A stretch of 64,000 nucleotides of DNA from Trichoplax adhaerens (taxonomy: Eukaryota; Animalia; Placozoa): assembly GCF_000150275.1 (NCBI RefSeq), contig NW_002060951.1, positions 1,250,297 to 1,314,296 on the forward strand, in the 5' to 3' direction. A program made the translations under genes and the position numbers. The notes under the pieces are model-generated. The model made no database searches. It was given only the letters and a program-made list of their open reading frames with translations, and had not been told where the DNA came from. This document shows, in pieces, positions 54,601 to 64,000 of this stretch. The stretch's first letter is position 1, and each line of letters opens with the position of its first letter.

Positions 54601-57600
54601 TAATTAGAAAAAAACTTGTAAAGGACGCCTCCTTGGTTTAGATTATTTTCACGTCGAGATTTAACGCAACAGAGGACATCATAACGATTGTTCTAGTCAA
54701 AACGAGTTTTAGTTAAAAATTTTAATTTATGCAAAAAACAAAAGCAGACAGAAAAATTATTTAATAACGAAATAATAGCTCTAAAAGACATTTACATTTT
54801 CCCTTTTCGTATCCAGACAGAGAAGTGCCACGAAACAGGTTACCTAATATGGTATACATTTATTATCATTATTAGCGCGTCTAAGAAGCGATTGTTAAAA
54901 ACTGTATAACTTTGCAACAGCTACATAAAATTAAAATCTTATTCTGGATGTAGTGATACCTGCAACAAAAAGTCAATGAAAACAGCTAAAGCTGCATATA
55001 TGGAAAAAGTTCTAACAGCTGGCATAGTACTAATCGCACCCAACGAAAAAGCGATAGTTTCCGATAATGATGTTAATAGCATACTAGGCGCGACAGTTCC
55101 AAGCACACGTCCAATTTGTTGTTCAATTTCTTCTTGAGGCTGTCGAGTATCCCTCTATGAAAGTAGAACAATAAGCGTAAGTAGAAGACGACAACCAAAA
55201 ACAGGAGAAAAATTATACTAATTACGTTACTCAATAAATACAACGAACGTACCTGTACGGCTTGTACAAGTATAAACATGTTGTCAACTCCAACAGCCAA
55301 AACTAAGAAAGGAACAACCTCAATAATAATCAATGTAATTGGAATTTTCGCATAGCTGAAAATTCCAATTGAGCAGACAACTGAGCATAAAACCATTATA
55401 ACGCCAGAAAGGCCAAGAGTAATCTTTGTGTCAACCTAACATGAAAGACAATGTATTCCACGATTGATTTAATAGCTCAGTTTCGGTGGAAAATAATAAG
55501 AATTTCCTATCGAAATATTATAATATTTAACTCACAAAGAAATATCGGATGTTGGTAGAGTATCTTCCTAAAGCCAATGCTACGTACCCAAACATAATTA
55601 AATAGCTAATTAAAATCGTTATTACATCAGCCGCGCTCTCTCGGTTCAGTTCGTCTTGTATAGAACGTTGAGCAGAATAAACTAGACTTAGGTTTGGATT
55701 ATTATAATTCTTGAGGAATTTAAGAAATCTGCCCAAAAAAATTCAATGTAAGTGATGCTATACAAGCCGAAGACAGATATTATATAAGCTTACTGTTTTT
55801 CCCAAGCCCTAGCTTTAGCATTATCCGCATCATTAACATGGTTTTGAACAATAAAAGTTAATACGAGAGCGGAAGCGTTGACATAATGCTTACCTATAAA
55901 ATCATATGGGTATTTTATTAATTCAAATAGGCGCATCAAATTTGATAATATTAATATATAGTAGCATATTTCATACCCTTGAATCCCCCTAAAGCTGTAT
56001 CCGGATTAATAGGAGCTCCATTAGTACCAATGCATGGAGTAGCAAATTTACCAATATCTTTGACCGAAGTAGGATTGCTGAAAGAAACAATATTTTCAGT
56101 AAGTTCAATACATCTAGAGCCATAATATCGTTCAATATGGCGAATCCGACTGTCGAATACTTTCAAATATTGATACTAACTTTGTACAGTATAGTAGGTG
56201 ATCGTGGTAATCTGCAATAATGAACAAATGGTCCTCTCCATAGACAGCTTTATCTAATAGGGTCTTGTTATTCTGGAAGTACTGTAACACACTTTCTATT
56301 TGACATTCACTAAATGTCGGATACGTCGGTTTAAAGCAAATATCTTCTAAGGTAACGTCATGTTTGGTTCCATTGCTATCCTTATAAGATCCTATCAAAC
56401 CTTGAATATTTAATTGTAGCTCAAGAACCTAAAAAATTACACAAGATGGACATATGTTAATTTTATATTAATGATAAAAAAAAGCAATATATATATATGT
56501 ATACAAAATCCGATAACCTGCTCCAATATGTCACGTTGGAGAACAGGGCCAAATGAAATCTCTTGCGTTGTTCCTTCTCGTGTTGTGTAGGTAGTGTATT
56601 TACTATGGGGTGCAGTTATTATAACTTGCTCGGTACGATAAAACGGTGAAAACGTTTTATCATAGTAATTCTTTTCTTTTCTTGAACGACTCGTTGGGGA
56701 AGACCATAAGTCAACTGGATCCGTAGTAATTTTTGTAAACGCTAAACCTCCGCTACATATTCCTATAAAGATGATCCATAACGCTATAACCATAAAAGGA
56801 TGACGAGCGCAAAGAACACCAAGGCGAGTGAAAAATGAGCTGATTCCTTTTTCCATAACTGAGCCAGCTTCAATTAAAACACTTGAAGAGTCACACCTTT
56901 CTTCTGAGTCGTTGATTGATTTAAGATCATTGCGTAGGGTTTGGTAGGATTTAGAATCATTACCTACAGATACTATGAAAATTAAAATTTTTAAATTTAT
57001 TAAGATATTTTACTCTCCAGCATAAACCCGATTTATGTTCCTTACCATAAATTTGACTATTATCTTCACCATGCAAGTCTAAATTAGTGTTAGAACCAGA
57101 TGTGTTTTTACTGCGCCAATAGCGAATTACCAATATCAATATAAATAGAGCAACGAATGCACAATAAGCCATAATTGCAATGAATAAGACGGAGGGAATG
57201 TTGGCGATGGTGGAAGGTTTTGGGGGGGTCGGTATTGGCGGCAATGGCTTACATACAGCAGGACAATCTTGACAACTACAAGTAGCTTTAACTCCCATTC
57301 CAGTAGCAACATCACATGGGAAAGCAGTTTTATTCATAGGTGCAATACCTGTTTTTGGATAAATGAAATCGGTAAAAATAGGTTTAATTTTAAACGGAGC
57401 TTCGCCATTGTTAGGATTGCCCAAATACGTTAACCACAAGCATGGGGTACAATGGCCAGTGGGTGCAGCACATAGAACATTTAATACTTTCTCATTATTT
57501 CCGGGAAATTTCACTTCTGAACAAGAGCTAAAAAGTCCATCAGCAAATTCTGGGGTCATGTGATAATTAATACTTGTTATACTTTCATTTCTTGGTGGAG

Positions 57601-60022
57601 TTGCTGCAGTAAGATCCGTACTACTAGGACTTATTTCATCAATGTCCTTTTCAGGGGATATATTTTCCTGAATATCAATATCATTGTCAGGAGGTGCACC
57701 ATCACAATTTGGACCAGCAACTTCTGAATTTACTTGGGTCAATTGTTGAATTGATGCAGTTTCCTTGGCATTATGGTTTTCGCTATCTATTATACTGCTA
57801 TTGGAAGGTACTTTGGGATGATAGGGCATCTTATTAGTTACTTCTAAAAACAATGATTGATCAGGGCTACAAGTTGATTGACAGTAAAGTTGGACAAAAT
57901 TATGCCAACACGATGGGCATCGAGACAAAAACTGTCTTGGAAGTTGCATACTGCGTTGAAAGTAATCAATTTGAACAGTATCACAGCACAAAGCTGGCTC
58001 AGAAGACTTTTCAAAAAACCATGGACATAAACCTTTTAAAATAGCAGCGGCCTTTTTATCCTTGAGAGGAATAGCTGGGCCATTATAATAACAGTTGTAA
58101 GAGCCTGTTGGAGATTTTCCACATTCTCCATACCAAGTACAGTAGCCTTTCTTTCGAATGGTTTGACTAGCATCAACCTACAATTTTACATTTTAAGTAA
58201 GTGTAAATTTCTCTTTATGGCCATTTTTATCAACATAACTGAAATTATATAAATGCTATACAGAAAGATTAACGGACAGTTTTATAACTAAAATATCGTT
58301 CATTCATTCTTTGACAAGGTAACTTTGGAAGAAAATATGACATCATTACAGTATTATTGCATAAGCATACTCTAGTAAATTAAATTATTGTAGATGAATA
58401 CTGGCTATCTTACATTATAATGTAGTAGTATCTGTATACTGTACACCGTACTTGAGTTGAATGTGCTGTACAAAGATATCTACTGTTGCTCTATAGGTTT
58501 CACTAAGATATACTGTAGAAAATATAGCGATTTTTATAATTCAAGACGTACGCGTATTGTTCATTGATTGCACGATTCAGTGACACAATATTTATTGCAA
58601 TTTATTGTATTAGGATATTCCATTATTTTCATTATATATATATATCAATAATGCATTATTGATTGAATGCTGCATATCACGTTATGCTAGGGTGGATAAA
58701 GATATCTATTGAAGTTTTTTTTATACTTTCCTGGCGTTGAAAACTAAACTTTGACGAATATGGTAATCAATTTTAGCACTATATTGTACATAGTTCAGGT
58801 AACGAATTATGATCGACTTGTGTTGAAGCAAAGATCATGATATTGGCTCACTATAATAATGATAATAATATTCGTTGAGAACGTAGAGCGTTTGTTTATC
58901 TCGCATACGAACTGTATTTCAAGTTATTGCTCTAACGATATTTCATATAAATGGATGTCTCTATCAGCAATGACCATGTTGTTTTAACCATCATTTACAA
59001 TACATCAAGGGATATTGTATTAAGATTTTGAATAACTCTACTCCAGATCCGTTGTAATACTGAACGAGTACATTTATAAGATAGGCAGGCAAATCTACTT
59101 CTACTTAATATAGTGGCGAAAAATTGTCACGGGTGCTATGCCGTGATTGACTTTGGACATACTGTAGTAGGCGTATGTGTACTGTCCATTTTGACTCATA
59201 CACTCATACAGTACCGTACTATAGTGCAATCCTACGTCGTGTTTTGGTCAGTCATTGTTCAATACCGTACAGTACCATATCTTGCAATACAGTACACAAA
59301 GTAGAGTTAACTATCGTACTGTATGTACTATAGGCACTGCAAAAACCTGCCTACTGGATACAGCCAGCAGTACTGAATTAACTATGCAAATTCCCTCGAA
59401 ATTATGATTTGGAATAGAAAACTTTTCAATCCAAAATTGAATAAATCTACTTGATCTAAAATAAAACTATCACTACAATCGTCGTAATACGATACAAAGA
59501 TTGCAAAATCTATTTCTGCTATCCTAAGAAAGCTTTTCAATCCAAGATTGAATATATCTACTTGATCTAAAATAAAACGATTATCATAATCGTTGTAACA
59601 CGATACAAAGATTCCAAAATCTATTTCTGCTATCCTATTTCGAAATGCTAATGGAAAGCTAGTTTCATAGCTATGTTACTTTACGTCGTATGTACGCGTA
59701 AAATACAGTGTATGCCCCAGCAAAATGATATCGCAAACATCCATAACCAATAACCAGTTATATAGATATTGTCATAGGTGAGCAACTAACTATTGAATCT
59801 GTAATTAACGCATTAAATGCAAGTGCTACATTTCACTTCACGTTCTCCATATGTATAATAATAACTGAGAGTGCTTCATTTTTTAAATTCAAGACTATAA
59901 TGGGAAATTATACACTTTAGTAGATGCTTATTCGTTTATCATTTATCACTTACCGCTAGATATAAGACGGCAACGATCAATAGAGTTAGAACGGACTTTC
60001 TTCCCATCCTATGAATAGCCAT
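51618..60022 (-). CDS. NPC1: Niemann-Pick type C1 lysosomal sterol transporter
   Basis: Signal-peptide exon 60022-59954 ([23 protein letters not shown]), phase 0 to exon 58177-57046 ([38 protein letters not shown]). Middle domain [17 protein letters not shown]. Sterol-sensing domain [22 protein letters not shown]-terminal half [45 protein letters not shown]. Ends ESTGLLS*, an [DE]xxxLL lysosomal sorting signal. Confidence 0.96.
59416..59637. repeat. Tandem duplication, 2 x 111 bp, in NPC1 intron 1
   Basis: agaaa(a/g)cttttcaatcca..aaaatctatttctgctatccta at 59416 and 59527, with scattered substitutions. Confidence 0.9.
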
Positions 60023-61739
60023 AACAATAAAATAAGCATTAATCAAATTGATATGCAGATAATTTTATATTCTTATTTCGGAGCAATATATTTTATATTT
60101 TATCTCAATTTTTCGGATTACAATTTCATGTATAATAAATGTTTATGTCCACCATTTGAGTCTTGAAGCGAGCAGTATAATTTGTACCTCATTTGTGATT
60201 ACATTACTACAGCATTTCACATAGCAATTATGTAAGATAGTAAATATACTATATCGATTAAATAATCAATTAGTATAATACTATAATTATATTTACGACT
60301 AAAAGTAGAGTAACTTAGGATGATAAATTAGCTAGCAATACGTATAAGATATCTTTACTCATCACAAACACTGCCTACATGGACATATCATGTAATAATC
60401 AATTGATCAAAGCAAATTGAACTTGGTAGTATTATCAATTTTTATCGATGCTTACAACAGTGATCCAAATTATGCATGCAACTATTGTATTAATTCGATC
60501 GATTGATAAGAATTTAGCAATTCAGTAGTTTGAAAATAAAAATATTAACGCCTGCCCGGGCGCTAAATCTCCTACCAGTTTAATAAGTTTATATTCAACT
60601 CTTACAGAAGATAAAATATTGCTTTCCACTTTTCGGCACCGTGTTACCGTATATATAAGATCAATTTTACAATTTCTACTTAGTTTAATACTATGACTTA
60701 TTCGTCAATATAATGAGATAAGTATACTTCATTTAGAATTCATTTTTTTACGCAGCCATTCGATCTGCAATTGAGTATCATACTTGTCGTTGACATCAAA
60801 TCTTATACTGTTAGTATTAATCCATCAATCCTTTGAAGTGGATTATAATTCAGGATAAACAGCAAGAACTTACTAGCAGGCTTAAAAATATGAATCTATT
60901 GAGAGTTGAAAGGCAGTCTATTTCAAGACTACAGTAAAAAACTAGCTACAAGTAACGCTCGATTGAATGACCAAGCAAAGCATGAAAATTTGATGGTATA
61001 TCGTAATAGTCTTTTGAACTCATGTGAACAAATGAAATACCGTAGACGATCGTTTGTTGTTGCTTTGGAATGTTCATGATCAGAGATAGAAATACAAAAA
61101 TGTAACATACTGTAATAGAGTTTATAGAGCTGCTGTTGTATTTTTCAATGATACTTACTGGATTGTGATTTTCAAGAAGAAGAAGGTCGAAGGAAGAGAA
61201 TTTAGTAGATTTCCTAGTACCAACTAGATGCTGATCCGCAAAGGTAAAAATTGGTGGCAAAAACGCTAGTGTAATGTAGTGAATTTGGAAAGTGTGTCAC
61301 TCACGGTCAACGTACCACTATTGTGTGACTGACGCCGAAGAGTGTTGACTCGATCGGGAACTGGGCATACTATGGGCGCAGCTAGGTGGGAGCAACTTGA
61401 TTAGCGGACGCGTTTTTCTATGACATAACGTTGAAGTTACGGTATCATACCGATGTTAACCTTTCAGTCTCTCGGCCGACTGTAGGTGTTCAACTACATC
61501 ATCAAGGTCGGTGTTAGCGTGTTGTATGGCAGAAGTGGATAATCAACCCGTTGTTGTAAAACTGCTGGATACTATTTCTCATTGCTCGAGTGTAAACAAC
61601 GGCATGATAGTCATAATGCAAAAAAGCCCAAAAATGCAAAATCAACAAACAGTGGTAACGTGACTGGGGTAGTACGCAGACTAGCCATTCAATCTTCTTT
61701 TTACTATGAGTAGAAAAGCAGTCCTGATGGCTAACAGTA

Positions 61740-62105
61740 AGTACTAGTAGTACAGTGTACAGTACAGTCTTCACACGAGACGGTCACGGGTCACCTGTTT
61801 TACTTTTTTTTACAGTACTGTACAGTACTGTAGACTGTACGGTACAGTGTACTGTACAGTACAAGAGTGTACAGTACTGTACTGTACGACACAGTATCGC
61901 AGCTGCGCTCGTCATCTAGCATACAGTACTGTACTGTACTGTACAGTAGAGTAGTCAATATTGCGTACAGTACAGTATAGTACCGTATGCCAAACCTAGA
62001 CGTAAAACAGATGTCGTAAGCTTAGGTGTAGTTTATAATAGAGCATCAAGAAATGATACGACATCTATTTTACACATTTTTGTGCAGTACAGTACTGTAC
62101 TGTAG
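61740..62105. repeat. ACAGT/TACTG pentamer array upstream of NPC1
   Basis: Repeated tacagtactgtacagtactgt and tactgtactgtactgtacagta. Confidence 0.85.
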
Positions 62106-64000
62106 AGCGTTAAGTTGACGTTACGTTGTTAGTGACTATAAATATCCAGTGATGTCATCATTCACAGCTCCACGCTTACGTACATCAACACTTTAGAATG
62201 AATAGATTATCATCACCTGAGATTGTTATTCAAAGGCCTAGCTGATTGATACCTTTTTAATTTAAACTTGTCACGATCATTTAGTCTTTATCATTTTAAC
62301 AAGGATACTTGCGTACAGTAGAGAAATTTTTTTTTTTTGGGGGGGGGGGGGTAGAATTAATTGTCGGCCAAATCTGATCAAATGGATCATATTTGATAAC
62401 ATAAGAATAGAAATATATTTGCGTCAAGCGGTTCTGGATAATTTTATTATACGTAATAATTGAAGGACGTCCTTGTTTTCTTCACTGCATATTGACGTCT
62501 ATGCACATTTATATCATTACTAAGCTTTGAGCTTGCAGTCAAGGTCACTATCATCAATCATGCAAGATTCATCTCTAGGCAAGCAATGGCAACAGGCTGC
62601 TTTACCTTACTACTAGTCCCTCACTTTCGGCCTTTTTAATTAAATAAACAGTATTACGTTGTAAAGTGTATAATATAGCTCAAGTTCAACTTTTATAATG
62701 CCATGTATACTAGCTACGATTGGAATGAACAATATCATTGTTTGGAGCCCTGATGGGCAGGGCCTCTCCATCTGCCCAGCTCTATGTACCTTGTGTTCTC
62801 TTCATGATACTGTAGTTATGTATGACAGTATGACATGACAATATCCATCATGATTCTGAACGCTAGATAGAATATAACATAAATTCTACAGCATAATTTA
62901 CTTGATCTTCTATAAAACCAAACACTTTTGAGTGCATATTTCTGAATCTTCGCTACAATAAATAAGCCCAAAATTAAAGTAATAAGTAATTATTAGCTGG
63001 CCTGTAAGATTCCCCTCTACTGTATTTGTAGAACACTTCACAGTCACTTTAATGCTAATCACTACATTGTACTCTGTGGCACTACTCTGAGATGTTAGCT
63101 AGAGACAACATTTTCTACATTGTTCTGCCTTATCCAGTTATCCTAGTAAGCCTCGACATTATAAAGTATAAAGTACTATATGCTGTATGTAATTGATATG
63201 CAATAAGAATGTCTGAGATTGTACTGAGCAATTAGAATGTGCGCGTAGTCAGTAAAGCGATATAGCGCACTACAATTTTGATAATATAAATTACTGTACG
63301 TTCATTTAAACTGAAAGTTTACGAATGCAGAGTATGAATTTATTTACTGTCAAAACTAGCTGACAAAACTAGGAACGCTATTCACCTTCAATAAAGCTGT
63401 AAAATCCATGGTGAATTGAAGCTGTAAAGTACAGTATACTGTATTTATTTATTTCCTGTTGTAATTAAAAATAATAAAAATAAATACAGTCTATATAACA
63501 ACTTGCATTGCTAATCTGTCCCTGGACTACCTACAGTACCATCAACAGTACAACGCGTAGTACAGGATTAAACAATAATTATTATTATTAGGGTTATATT
63601 ATATATTTTCCCTATATAATAGTAATAATATAGAATCTGTTTGTCCGTATGTCTGTAATCTGTGCGAAGCAGTGTTGCATGGGATTGCGAATTAAAACGA
63701 GGTCTATTTCGACCGATAGCCCATAGGAACGATCGTGGAATACTGCGTAAACCCATGTTGACCATGTGTATTCAAAATGTTTAAACTTATGCAACACTGG
63801 AGTGAACCATAGAGGTAAAAAAAACCTTTTTCTTTAACTCTATAGTACGCTTCGAATTAAACCTAGGATTGACCATTTCAAGGTTGGCACTGTACTGCAC
63901 TCGACAACAGTTGTATACTGTACTGTATAGCCCCATACACTAAATAAGTGTCCGCGTGTAGTAGAGTATAATACCACAGCACTCGACAACAGTTGTATAC

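Noticed and set aside
33170-58044. Antisense ORFs over ABCA and NPC1 exons (e.g. 33170, 38752, 40040, 41452, 51998, 57363, 57853)
   Set aside because: Shadow frames of real coding exons.
60946-61500. ORF 60946-61260, or a known ncRNA (RNase P/MRP, U3, U6, SRP)
   Set aside because: No protein motif, and the conserved boxes of those RNAs are not present.
63568-64000. Short ORFs and a 22-bp direct repeat (gcactcgacaacagttgtatac) at the window end
   Set aside because: No recognisable product; the repeat is cut by the window edge and cannot be characterised.

Overview
AT-rich, intron-dense eukaryotic (animal) DNA. The short introns and pervasive ACAGT/TACTG pentamer arrays suggest a placozoan such as Trichoplax; this is inference, not a database match. 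I spliced five protein-coding genes by hand: (1) a Brahma/SMARCA2-4 SWI/SNF ATPase (+, 1180-10569); (2) an SSDP/SSBP2-4 LUFS-domain cofactor (+, 14196-23547); (3) a full-length ABCA lipid exporter (+, 27655-42460); (4) a small 4-TM MS4A/CD20-like gene (+, 45693-50516); (5) NPC1 (-, 60022-51618). The most striking observation is a complete six-cysteine kringle domain encoded by one symmetric phase-1 exon (33537-33779) spliced in frame into the first extracellular domain of the ABCA transporter. The ORF track misses this exon, and I do not know this architecture from any characterised ABCA protein. The neighbouring NPC1 also has a ~70-aa acidic insertion in its sterol-binding N-terminal domain, so two modified sterol-trafficking genes lie close together. 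Non-coding features include a TA-flanked MITE, a duplicated hairpin element with a compensated indel, several local tandem duplications, ACAGT arrays concentrated upstream of gene starts, and one 50-N gap. I recognised no tRNA, rRNA or CRISPR array. Exon boundaries were read by eye and may be off by a few bases.
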